Shown here: positions 30,713 to 43,870 of the stretch, piece after piece
How the letters are laid out: each line of letters begins with the position of its first letter
Position numbering within the stretch: position 1 is the first letter of the stretch
NCBI RefSeq assembly: GCF_009914755.1
Contig: NC_060926.1
DNA from: the human T2T-CHM13v2.0 reference genome, Homo sapiens
DNA length: 64,000 bases
Direction: 5' to 3' (one strand)
Made by a program: the position numbers and the translations under genes
Notes under the pieces: generated by a model
Databases searched by the model: none
Told to the model about the DNA's origin: nothing
The model's input: only the letters and a program-made list of their open reading frames with translations

Positions 30713-31541
30713 TCTGAATCAGGTTTTTGGCCATGTCATCTACGTGTCTCCCTGTCTCCTATGTGTCTCCCTGTCTCTCCCACCAACTTACAAGTCTCTG
30801 AGGGCAACATATCTGACTTACCATAGTTGTGTCCCCAGTGTTTAGAACATCACCTGGTCTACTATAAGCATTCAATATTTGCTTGATGGATGAAACAGTG
30901 TACCCATTAGTGAATTCCTAGATGTGGTGCTTTATTTTTGGGGAAAAGTTGAGGTTATCTAACATCCAGACCAGAAGACATGAGTGGAAATGGTATAGTT
31001 TGGGACAGAGACATGTGCCACTGTCTGTGGTTGGCAGTCATTAACATGTTTGGGTCAAGCTCCCTCCTTCACCCCACACAAATCTCCATTAGAGCCTTAT
31101 AAAACCAACTGCTTCAGAAACCATTTCATCTGAAGAACTGGATACAGAAGCTCATATGCACAAAACATGGCGTGGGTTTGGACACCAAGTCTATCATTTA
31201 GATGCTTTTGGCCATTAACAGCATATTTAATTTCCAGAGGCTTAAAAAATAAAGATTATTACTATCTCATGTAATAAAAGTCCTGGAGGTTGGGGTGCTT
31301 CTTCTCTTTTGTCCTTTCCACCCCTCCCCAATCTCCCCAGTATGGCCACAAGATGGTGGCCACTGCCCTAGGCACAATCTTCACACAAGTCCACCAAAAG
31401 GCAGGAAAGGAGGCTCTTTTTGCTTGTTTCATTTTATTAGGGAGTCCTTCAGCAGACACACCCTCACATCCATTGGCCTTGATTGGCTCTCATGCCCATC
31501 ACCTAGCTAGCTGCAAGAGAGGCTAGGGAAGAGAGTCCCTG

Positions 31542-31871
<330 letters not shown>

Positions 31872-31891
31872 TGAGAGGTTATCTCCATCAG

Positions 31892-32277
31892 TGCTTTAGA
31901 CTGAGTGTTTTTGTCCCCCACATTTATATAATGAAGCTCGTACCCACAAGGTGATGGTATTAGGAAATGGGGCCTTTGGGAGGTGATTCAGTCATGAAAA
32001 TAGAGTCCTATCAATGGGATTAGTGCCTTATAAGAGGAGACACAGAGCTTGCTGTCTCTCTGGCCTCTGCCATTGAGGATACAATGAGAAGAAGGCCATT
32101 CGTAAGCCAGGAAATGGGTCCTCGCCAGACATTGAATCTGCTGACACCTTGATCTTGAATCTGCTGACACCTTGATCTTGGACTTCACAGCCTCCAGAAC
32201 TGTGATGAATAAATGTCTGTGGTATAAGCCACACAGTTCATGGTAATTTGTTATAGCAGCCTGAACAGATTAAGACA
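31892..32277 (+). mobile_element. MaLR solo LTR (MLT1A-like) with an internal 23-bp tandem duplication
   Basis: tgctttagactgagtg...ggtattaggaaatggggcctttgggaggtgatt...gttatagcagcctgaacagattaagaca; near-TSD atcag/accag. Confidence 0.85.
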
Positions 32278-33009
32278 ACCAGCAAGGAAGAAGGAGTAGA
32301 AGAAAAGCTGTTGGATGAACAACTAACAGTGTCAGCAACATAAATCAAAGAAGCAGATGAGAAGAATGCCACAATCGCTGAGGTTTCCACACATGCTCGA
32401 TAGAGAAAGTTACTTTTTAGCTAAACTTAACGTGCATTCTTCATGTGGGTTGATTTATTTGAATAGAGAAACTCCAGGAGAAACCATGGTGATGTCAGTC
32501 TGTCCCTCTGTAAGATGAAAATAATGATGCTGACAGCTGTTTCACAATGAAATGTAGGTTACAAGTAAATATTTATAAAGGCATTATGAGATCCAAAGAT
32601 AAAAGCTGTCATGGCACTAAAAATACATACACACCCTCACACCTGACACTGTTCTTTCTTCTCAGTTGTATTTTCATCACCATCAAGAGTATATTCACAA
32701 AGCCCTTCACATTTCACACAACGCTTTTGCACACACTGCCTTAGTAAATTATCTTGAACACACCCGGAATGGTTCCTATGATGATGTGTTTGTCTTGCGG
32801 ATGAAAAGAGCAGCTAGGTAAGGAAGCTGGGACTTGAACCCAGGTCCTCTCACTATTAAACCTGAGGGGTTTTTCTCAGTGCCTTTGTAAGGAGGCAGGT
32901 AACGCAAAGGTAGGACAATGGGGAGTGTGAGGACATGAAGACCTGGAGATGAAGATATTCAACACAGATTCAGATCCAATTTTTAAAAACTGCTCTGTTT
33001 ATGCCCTCC

Positions 33010-33435
33010 AAAATTATAAATACATGTGTCCTTTGACTCAGCAATTCCACTTCCAGGAATTTATCCTACAGATATACTCATATATATGCAAAACAACCCA
33101 ATGGTCATCGATTGGAGACTAGTTAATTAAATGTTGGTAAGTCTGTACAAAGGATTAGTATGCAGCTATTTAAAAGGGCATAGCTATTATCATGCTAATA
33201 TGAATCTATCTTCAAGATATACAATAAAGTGAAAAGAACATTTGTGCATACCAGTACATATTTTCTTGCATGTTCGTGAAATATCTTTAAGAATATAAAG
33301 GAAACTGGTAACATTGACTGAATCCAGGAAGGGGAACCAGGAAGCTTTTTGCAAATATCCTTTTGTAAGTATTGATTTTTGAAACATATTAATGCATTTC
33401 TTATTTTTAATAACTAACTAAAATGCTGTGTAATT
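33010..33435 (+). mobile_element. Ancient L1 (L1ME-like) fragment
   Basis: cctttgactcagcaattccacttccaggaatttatcctacagatatact. Confidence 0.7.
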
Positions 33436-36400
33436 AAAAAAGAAACTCAGTGGGGCAGTTTGGTCTGCCGTTCTGTGACCTCTTCCCTGGGGCCCAGGCT
33501 GCGTCACAGCCACCGTTCAATCTGTCCACCCTCATGCTGGCCTGGCATGCCACTGGGCTCATTCAGTGTGTAATTTGTTGACTCAGATCATTTCATTCTT
33601 TTAGCTTTGTGGGTCAGTACTTGAGGCTGTTCAGGCCCAACACTGGACTCATTATCTGCTCAGAGCTGCTGCTCCTCCTGGGCTGTCTCTGAATGGTGTT
33701 TCCACCCTCCCCGCCATCCAAGGTCAAACCCCAGTTTCCTCCGGCCTTTCTCTATCTCACTGTACTCCCTCTATCTACCCAGTCCCTGGGCCCCAGCACA
33801 CCCACATGAATTCCTTGTCTGTCATCCATGAAATTCTGCCCAGTCTGCTTCGTGAGCACCACTGGAACTATCCTTCTCACCCCTCCTGCTCCAGAGGAGT
33901 GTCTCATTATCTTTCACCTATGCCACTGCTGTGGCCTCCTTGCTCACCTGCCTGTCACCCCTTTTTCCCACCTTAGACCACCCTACCTCCTTCCTCCAGG
34001 ACCACCTGAAGACACAAATCTCATCCTGTCATTTCTCTGTTTAGAAGTCCACAGACTCCCCCAACAAGAGTTGGGCTCCTTTAGAATGACACGCGGGGAC
34101 TTTCACAGCTGGTTACCTTCCCGTCGCCCACCACCCCCATGCCCACCTCCACGTCTCCTTCCTGGCACGGCTTCTCCATTGTTGGTGCACAGCAGGTGGG
34201 CGGAGCCCACCTATGGGGCTGGAAACTTACACAAAATGAATGCAAAACTCCTTATACAAAAATCACACATGAAATTGAATGTGTATTTACAACAAAAACT
34301 TGTAACAAGTTATACATTTTTTAAAGCCTTGGGATACCCAGAAAATAAGAGAACATTTTCATTAATTAACTATGTGATACCTCTATGCTACATCCTCTGA
34401 TAACCTTGTTATGTGGCACTGATTTTTATTGCCTTTTCTACAGAGAACAGAAGAGAATACCATCTTTCCTCTAGCATGGTTGATTGAAAATCCCTTTCAT
34501 TATTGATAGTTAAGTGAAGTTTCCTTTTTACAACTCACTATTAGTCATGCATGCCGGGAAGCAATCCCTATGTTGGTGGAGATGCGTCAAACGTGCGGCC
34601 TCACGCACAGATGAATTCACCATCTATATAGCATGCCACATGCTTGGGTTCCACAGACACAAGCATTCCAGTCAATCTGATTTCATGCAATTCCCATTAA
34701 AAACTAAAAGATCTGTATGGTGTGTTTTTAATGGTATCAGCTGCATTTGTTCCAGGTGGTCAATTCGATTTTGTGCAATTCTCATCAGAAAGGAAAAAGA
34801 CTGCATGATGTGTCTGTAGCAGTATCGACTGTGTTTCAGGTGGTCAGTGACACCATCTGGTGCTGGGAGGAAGTCCAGCCCAGCAGCAGAGGTGATGTTC
34901 CCAAAGGGAGACAACAGTTGACTGGCAAGTAGCTAGCAGGGGTCTCCCGGCCCTGGAAGAGCTGCCTTGCCTGAGAATGCAGCATGGCCCCAGGCAAGCT
35001 CCCTGCTGGAGCCTCTGCTTTCTTACCTGTAAAAAGCAGATGAGGACACTTAGCTGCCCGTGTTCTGTGACGTTCAGTGAGAGAGCGTATGCACAGCATC
35101 TGTCCCAGGACAGCCCCTTGCTCCTGACAGTCCTCTCTTCAGCCTTCCCCACAGCTGGGGGAATCACAGTGACAAAGGGTCCAGGTGGGCTGTCCTCACC
35201 ACAGCATTGGCTACGCTCATTCTAGGTCTACCCCCAAGCCCACCTGCCCGCCCTTGCTTATCCAGGCTATGTCCCGAGGTACGGCAAAGACGGGACCGTG
35301 ACAGACTGCTCCAGCCTTCCCCGTGCTCAGCAATATCCCTGCAAGAGAGAAGCCCCTCAACCTAATTTCCAGGGAGCCTTCAGCCTTCCATGGAAGTGTT
35401 GATAGGCCTCCCAGGGCTTCTGCCTTATGAAATGAAGACAGTAATTCACAAGTTTGACCCAAGTCTTGTGCCACAAATGGGCAAATCAGAAAGCTAAAAA
35501 AAAAAAAAAAAAGAAATCCCTCAACCACCTACCTTGCTAGATTCCAAAAGCCATATATTTGGTGTTAAAAATAATCTGGAGAGATTAGTCCAACTCATTT
35601 GGTTTTCAGGTGAATAAACTAATCTATACCTACAACCGAAATTAAACCCCAGTAAGTGTTATTTGTATAGGACCCTGTGCTTCTTTGGGGACAATTATTA
35701 TTTGCCCAAAGATCAATTAGTTTCAAATCTCCCATATAATAACTATGCATGTAATAGGAACCTTCTAGAGAAATGTCAGAGCCCAACAGGTGGCTTGAGC
35801 GTACCAGGCCCTCAGGCAGGTCAACAGGGGACTTATTTTGGCTTTGTGGGTGTGGCTGCCACTTGCCACAAGACCTTGAGAATCCATCAAGTTCCCCAGC
35901 AGGGCAGTCACCGTATCTACTTGTTTCTGACACACCCAAGAACAGGGGCCTAGAATATAGACAAAAGTAATTCACTACTGGAAAAGACACTGGGAAAAAG
36001 AGAAATGCCTGTGGTGAAGACCCAGCATAAGATTCCATCAAGTGATGAGGGTCTCAGGCCAGATGTCCCCAGCACCAGGTGGCAATCTGGCTTGGCCTCA
36101 GTGGCAGATACAGTCACATGAGGCAGAAATGGCAGCATCCTTGCCAGGGGCCCTATCTGGTGTCTTTGCAAGAAAAAATGGGCAAAGGAGACCTCAGAAA
36201 CATCTTGGTGGAGTCTCTTCCTATCTAATCCAGCCCCAGAGCTGGGAAGAGGCCCCACAAGCAGGCTGCACAAAGGTTGGGAGAATGTGGCCTGTTAAGC
36301 CTTGGAGTAAACCCAATTCCTAGATTGGTCAGGGTCTGGAGGGTTTGGGCCTCTTTCCTATAAGTGGAGTGAAGGGAGGGTGATGGGTGATGGCTGGTGT

Positions 36401-39400
36401 GTGTCGAGTCTTCCAGGACAGCCTCCTCCAAACCTGCCTGCTATGGCTGGCCCTCGCAGGTGTGAGCTGCCACTTCCCACTGGCCTGCCCTCCATCCTCG
36501 GCCTTCCTCTCTGTGCATAAGCCCCTGTTTCCTCTCCCAGGCAGAGAAGGCTTAGTTCTCACTGATTTCTGCCTTTTTGTCCTCCTGCCTTGTTTAAACA
36601 AGGATGGTTCTCCATCCCATCAATCCAGAGAAAGTCCTGCACTAATTACTGGAGCAGTGAAATAGGGCAGTAAGAACCTCAGGGGGTATAAAATATTGGC
36701 CCTATTCTTTAGGAGCTTTATTGGGGTCAAAGATTTTAAATAACAACGCCGGGGGTAAGGCTGAGTCACATGTGTGGTGAAATAGCTTTGCCACACTAAC
36801 CCCCAGAGCCGTTCCACAAGGACAATCCACGATTTGCAGGAGGGCAGCTCCATCTGTTTGAAAGCATTGAACCAGGAGTCAGAAGACGCAGACACTAACG
36901 AGGCTGCTCGGCTGGTCGTGTGGGCAGGGGTGAGTCACCCTGCCCAGTCATCTCACCTGCAGCCTGCAGGAGTCTCTGCTGTGGGGAATACTGGTCTGGG
37001 TGGTCAAGAGGCCTGAGAGCTCTTCCTTGCTCACCACCAACAGTAGCATCCTGTATGCTTCCTTAGCCTGCATCTCCATAAAATCATAGTGTGATGGTTT
37101 GTAAGGCTTTCCAGCTCCGGAACTCTAGGACCTTTGAATGAGGTAATGGATAGGAAAGCTCTAAACCATTGCATGCTTGCAGGACATTATTGTGTTATTA
37201 CTACCTCTGGCAATAAAGATTCCATAAAGGAATTGGAATTTGAATTTGGCCTTGAAGGAAGAGTAGAGCTTGGATGATGGTACAGTGTGCAAAGAGCATG
37301 ATGCATAAGCTGGGAAAAGCAAGGGGGAAAAGGAGAGGGGGCAAGCAGAGACTCTGGCTAGGGACAGACTGGTGGAACTTAGATGGCCATGATGGGAGAC
37401 TCAGGGTCATTCATCCATGCATCCTCTGGGGACAGGGGCTCAGGTAGGCGGCAACATCCTGGAAATACCTTGGGGGCCTGAGCTAAGGCTGCACAGGCCC
37501 CATCTCCTGTGACTATGCCCTTCCCACAAGCCCGTGAGCACCACAGCCTGCCCTCACTGTGAAAGGAATCAGAAAGGAGGCTGAAATCCAGCACCACTCC
37601 CCCTTCCAAGAGGAAGTCTGTCAAGGGATTGCGATTTTTTGGTTGGCTGTACTGGAGAGTCTTAACCTCTCGTTGAGCTCTGATCTGAGTATGCCTAAGG
37701 CTCCTTCTTTCTGGGGCTTTGGAAACCCCTTCTTTGAACAGGGAGTCAGCCATGGCATAAACGATGACTTTTATGAAAGTCAATTTTTAAGTCTTTGGCA
37801 CATAGCACTGAACACTTCATAGGCCTCATTGGCACTAAGGAAGTCACAGACTGCATAGCTAACATTGCATTTGAAGATGTCTCTGCAAGCGGAAGCTGTC
37901 TTTGGTGTGGGAGGTAGCCACGTTTAATTATCATTCACAGACACTCCTCAACACTGTTCCTGGATGCCTCAGCCATTATTCTGGTGGCTTCTAAAATAAA
38001 GTCTGGTGACTATTTTGTGTGAGTGTGTGGATGGCCTGCAAGGCACCTGTCTTGTTTTTGCGGCATTGGTTTATCTAAAGAAAATTGCAGAGCTCAACAG
38101 GAAGGGAAAGTCTCTTCTCCCCTGGAGCCGAGAGGATCCTTGGTGGAGAGAAACAATAGGGACTGTGTTTGGGTGAGTCTGGTGCATCTTTGGGCCGCCA
38201 CCACTCACCTTGTATCGTCCCTGCACAGGGCCCGGTCTTTAGGGTGTCATCCCTGGAGAGGAAACACCATCGCTATCACTCTTCCCAAGATTTTTCAGGC
38301 CTCATGTGCTCATCCTCCTGGTGCTGAGCTGTGCAAGTTGCAGATGGCCTTGTCCGGAATTGCTCGGGGAACACACGCACAGTTTCTGCCTGCTGGGGAA
38401 GAGAGAGGCAGGATCCAAATGGACTCAGCCTCTTTAGGCCACCTCTCCCTGATAGCTGCCCATAGTTGAAGCTGGCCTTGCACAAAGGGGCCACCAGTCC
38501 CAGCTGGTGACACAGTAGAGTAGGTGGGTGAGAGTCAGCACGCACACAGGAGTAAAAATAGGAAGAAGTGCATTGCTAACCAGGGCGTCTTGCTATACCC
38601 GGATGCAAATGATCATATACTGATGCTGCCGGGGTTATCAAAGCAGAGAGAGAGACAGACTTCAGACACCAGCACCAAGCTCCCTCCTCCCCAAGGACAG
38701 TAGTTTAAAAAACATTTCTCGTGATGTCATCCTCATTTAAAACCAGCGTAGAGACACAGTGAAAATGGTTTCAATGAAAAACACAACATGATGGTGGAAA
38801 ACAAGAGTTCTGAGTCTCAGTAACACAGCTCCTGCCCCCTCCAAATTGAGGACTAACAAGAAAATGCAAGAGGAGGAAAAAAGCCCCAAGAGCAGCACGG
38901 AACTCCGTCTGTCACTTGGCATCATGCAGCTGGGTAAGATAATCTGAGACCTTGTCATTAGAGACATGCCGAATTCTTAAGCTGGGTAAAACCTAAATCC
39001 TGTAAGAATGGCCTCAGAAGGGGTCGTGGTGTGTGCAAGCCTCATTATGAAATAGCCAAACCCGGCCAGTCTTATGAGCATTTATTTGCTAACTTGGGGG
39101 ATGTAAGAAAAGCAGATCTCTGTGAGTGTTTCACAGGATCCCAGTGCCAGGAAAAGCCTTCAACATGCCATGTTATCTGTCCCTCTCCCAGGGCCTTCAG
39201 CCACAGCCAGAGCAAGGGACCAACTGCCACTCAGAGGCCAAACCCTTCCCTGCCTCCCTCTGCCTGCCTCCCACTCTGTGTACTGCTCCCACACTGGAAA
39301 TTTCTACCCTCTGAATAATCCGATTAACTTGTATCCAGCCAGCCATTGCCAAAGTGAAAGCATATTGCCTGGGAGGAAGTGAAAGAATGAATCCATTGGA

Positions 39401-40020
39401 AGCCACCAATGCGCAGGCACAAGTCAGTTTGTTGGAATGGCTGGGCTTGGAATGGGGAGTATAGGGCTGCCCTGGGGTCCTGGACTGGGAATGGGAAGCT
39501 GCTGCCTAGGGGAGGAAGGGAAAGGCCTAGCACTGACACCAACAGTGCCAGAGTGGGTACATAGGATGCTAGTGACAGCTGGGACTGGGCGCTGCTAATA
39601 AGGAGGAGAAGAATATGCTGAAAACAGACTCACTTACTTTACAATTTTGCCTAGAGCCAGGCCTGCATTTAACTTTCCCAGAAGTGAACCTGTCAGCAAA
39701 CCAGGGAAGGGCCGTTTGTAATTTGCTGGGGTTTGCAAAAGCCCAGGTGGCTGCGGCTAGAGCTTTTGCTCTGCACATCACCTTCCCTCTCAGGTGCTTG
39801 GGTGGGACCCTCAATTGGAGCAGCCGAGAGCCCCAGGTTTCTGACTCAAGGTTAGGAGGGACCATTTCAGCCAGAATTCCACCGTCTCGGCTGTCTGAGC
39901 AATTCAGCACATTCCTGAAGATCTAAAGGCCTCTGTAGTTACTACCTTTTAGGACTTGCTTAGACCTCAGTGGGCCTTTTGCTGTTTAGAATTCTACTGA
40001 TTTATTTCTTTATGTTCTTT

Positions 40021-40051
<31 letters not shown>

Positions 40052-41848
40052 TTAGAGGAAGGGAAGAAGCCATCTGTCAGTAGCTCATGCTACAAGCAAG
40101 GGAGGCTGGGCTCCTTCTTGCTCTCTTAGAACTCCCTCACATGCATTCTCAGCACCCAACCAGAGCCCTGATTTCATTCTCTTTTTACATAAAGGCTTGC
40201 CCCCAGGAGAGTTTCAAGAAGCTAAAGCAAAACAAAGCAAAACCAAAAGAAAGCAAAACTCCCCTAAATGTGCAGTGGCCTACCTGAACTCTGGGCCTGA
40301 CTGTCTCACTTTTGAGCTGTGTGGCACCCTTCAGGCTGGCTAGCCTCTCTGGTTTCATTTCCCTCGTATATAAAATAACCGAGTTCACCAGATACACTCT
40401 AAAGTTTCTCCAGGCGTTGACATTTTTTGATCTCAAGGTCTGGGGAATGACATCATTTCCGATCACTGATCACTTCCAAATAACAGTGAGGTCTGTCCCC
40501 AAAGGAACTGAAAGGAACTTCCAGAATTGTGTTGTTCTTTCCGTTCAAAGCACCCAAAGTCTGGAGAGCAACCCGACATGTCTCCTTTGACAGTATACAA
40601 TTTACATAATCTTTACAAATCTTCTCATCACTGCAATATGAAATCTATAAATATAGTAGCTACTAAGCCACAGTCAGGGAGGAAAGCAGCTGCAGTCCCT
40701 CCATGAACACAAAGGAAGGAGGAGAAAAAAACTAAAAAAAGGAGGTTTAGAAATCCCTCCAGAAGGTTGCTTGCAAAAGGGAAAAAGTACACAAGAAAGT
40801 TTTCCTCTAACTTACCTCTAAAACAGACTGGGATGAATGGATGCTTCCCCCACAAGGAAGAGAGGTAGACAGTTTTGGCACAACTTTATCCCTTCATCAT
40901 GGGAATGGGTGGTATAACCAGTGCCAACAAACAGGATACCAAGGAGGACGCTCTATGCGTTTATTTCTCCCATTCCTGATCTATCAATAGCTTCTGAGTG
41001 TGCTTTAGGATACACCGTGCTTACAGATTAGTTATGTATAAAGTATAAAGACAGACTGCCTGGACTCAATGTGATAAATCTCTGAATATGAGAGGAAAAA
41101 AATTGTGTACAAAACAGCAAACGTAAGTTGTGGGGAGTCTTGTCTAATGGGACCAGCAAATGTTTCAGCCAAGACATTGATCATACCAAGCCTTGATAAC
41201 AAATGCTGGATCTTAATGGGTCTTCCCTCCGGGAAAAACTAATTCAATCAGAGGAAATAAAAATGGATCACACTTGCTTCTTCTCTCAATTTTACAGTGT
41301 TAACTGGCAGCTCCAGGGGTGAGCCCAAAATAATTCCACACACAGCTGTAACAAAGTAGACAGCACCATGTAACAATTGGGTCTCCATTTCTTATCACTA
41401 TGGACATGGACATCTTAGACCACAGTGCTATAGGCATTTGCTCCCTAAACTCACTGCTGATGCTCGGAACAGTTTTTGTTGAGGCGACTGCAAACATGGC
41501 GGAAGCAGCACAGCGGACCGGTCGGTGATTAACGGTGTGAGGCACAGTCCAATTCCTTCATTAACATTTGGAGTTCCAAGGCAGAGGTTTCAAAGTGTTT
41601 ATAGTCAAAGAAATCCTTCTTCAAACAAAGTCTAATGCAGAAACCCAGTACATCAAACAGAAGAGTGAAGGCGCCCTGTTTGAGGGGATCATGGTGGAAA
41701 AGATGGGGATGGGATGGAGGGGTGGGGAGCGCTACTTAAAATGGGTTGCTGCCCTAGGGGCACCTCGGCAGCCCCTGAGATTCTAAGGAGCAGTTTAAGA
41801 ACCTCCAGTGGGAGGGGTTTATCACATTCTGTGCACGATGCTTTGGAA

Positions 41849-42780
41849 TGTTAACCAAAAATATCACAAATTTATAAATTGTGAGGAGAGGAGATTTTAT
41901 TTCTTGTAAAGGGTTACAGCCTGCAAGGTGGCCATCCTGCAGGCTCAGAAGTGTGCCTCTGGCCAAGACCGGAGTCAGGCACTTCGAAGGAGGAGGGGCT
42001 GGGACAGAAGCTTCATGCTGGACAGGGTGGCCAAACATACATATTCAACAGGTTACAGGAAGAACTACGAATATTCATGAAGGTAGTCCCGACACATGCA
42101 TATTGAACAAACATGCATGTAACATACAACCCAGGTTCACTTTGGGGTGGAGATTTAACATTTAAATGTATTAAAATTAGGCCCCATACCTCAAAAGGTC
42201 TTTTCAGGACATGAAGGCGGATGAATGTACTTTCTGCAAACCAGCCAGAACCAGTCCATGGCCGGTGGTCTCTTATCAGGAGAAAGTTACTGGAGTCAGT
42301 CTCCCATCCAATCAAAGCTGTAGTTACGGCTGGTGCAACAGGGGTCAGTTACTCAGCGTCCGTGAGCTGGGTGAGTTGTAATTGTTTTAATCTTGCTTAT
42401 CTTGAGGGCAGTTCTTGTTTAGCTGCTGGAGAAAAGGAAAAACCTTGTGGCAGTTAGAACCTAGTTTATTCTTTAAGTGTTGTGTGTGTGGTGTGTGTGA
42501 CTTAACTCTTGGCTTGGCATGGCCTTAGGTCTTGTTTATAATTTGGTGTCTTATGGCCACAAAGAGTTCATTCTGTCGGTCTTATGATCTCTATTTTAAC
42601 ATTAATGCTGGTTGGTTTTTGTGTCTAAAGAGAAAAAAGGCGGGGGTATAACAAGGTATATTTGACCTCCTGTCCCTTCATGGCTGGGAACTAAGTTTTA
42701 AGGTTTTCCTGGGATCCCTTCGGCCACAAGGGGATCCATTTTGTTGGTGGAGGAACTTAGCATCTTATTTTTAGTTTACA
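41849..42780 (-). mobile_element. ERV1 (MER4-group, MER49-like) solo LTR, 932 bp
   Basis: Bounded by TG...CA with short terminal inverted repeats (tgttaacc / agtttaca) and a perfect 4-bp TSD GGAA (41845-41848, 42781-42784). Confidence 0.85.
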
Positions 42781-43394
42781 GGAAGGAGCAAAAAATCCTG
42801 ATACTGGCTTTGACCTGCTTTTGTTGGAAAGCTGAGAACCAACCAGGCTATTTTTTTTCACTTAATAAACCCACTGGAACATACATACATACACACATAC
42901 AAAAGCAACATTTTAAAGACATGTCACAGATGGACTTCAGTTGGAGTCCCCCTAAAACTCATTTGAATTTGTATTAAGCCCAACTTGGAGGAAGGGTAGG
43001 GATGCAATTATAATGCAGTGATAGGCCAACACTGGCTCACACCAGTGGATGAGAACCTCTTGTTAAATTTCCAGCAATTTTCCAAGGTGATTTTTAAACA
43101 CCGCCATTATTAAAAATTAAACTCTGTATCCAGCAATTGCACTCTTTGGTATTTACCCAAATGAGTTGAAAACTTATGTCCACATAACAACTTATAATAC
43201 ACACAGATGTTTATAGTAGCTTCATTTATAAATGCCAAAATCTGGAAGTAACCAAAATGTAGGTGAATGGCTACATAAATTGTGGTACATCCAGGCAGTG
43301 GAATAGTATTCAGCATTAAGGAGAAATGAGCTACCAAGCCACGAAAAGACATGGAGGAATATTAAGTGTATATTACTAAGTGAAAGAAAAAGCC

Positions 43395-43680
43395 AGCCGG
43401 GTGTGTTGACTCACGCCTGTAATCCCAGCACTTTGGGAAACTGGGGCAGGCGGATCACGAGGTCAAGAGATCAAGACCATCCTGGCCAACATGGTGAAAC
43501 CCCGTCTCTACTGAAAATACAAAAATTAGCCGGGCGTGGTGGCGCATGCCTGTAGTCCCAGCTACAGCTACTCAGGAGGCTGAGGCAGGAGAATCACTTG
43601 AACCAGAAGGCGGAGGTTGCAGTGAGCGGAGATCCTGCCATTGCACTCCAGCCTGGCGACAGAGTGAGACTCTGTTAAAA
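43395..43680 (+). mobile_element. Alu (AluSc-like)
   Basis: ggatcacgaggtcaagagatc and gcctggcgacagag; tail expanded into purine microsatellites. Confidence 0.94.
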
Positions 43681-43870
43681 AGAGAAAGAAAGAAAGAAAG
43701 ACAGAAAGAGAGAGAGAGAGAGAAGGAAGGAAGGAAGGAAGGAAGGAAGGAAGGAAGGAAGGAAGGAAGGAAGGAAGGAAGGAAGGAAAGAAGGAAAGAT
43801 GGAAAGAAGGAAGGAAAGAAAGGGAAAGAAAGAAAGAAAGAAAGAGAGACAGAAAGAAAGAAAGAAAGAG
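43681..43870 (+). repeat. Compound purine microsatellite (GAAA)n/(GA)n/(GGAA)16
   Basis: 16 consecutive GGAA units at 43725-43788 within ~190 bp of almost pure purines. Confidence 0.95.

Noticed and set aside
36068-36087. CTCF-like word agcaccaggtggca (also gccactagaggtca at ~17678)
   Set aside because: Mismatches at core positions; not distinguishable from chance without ChIP data
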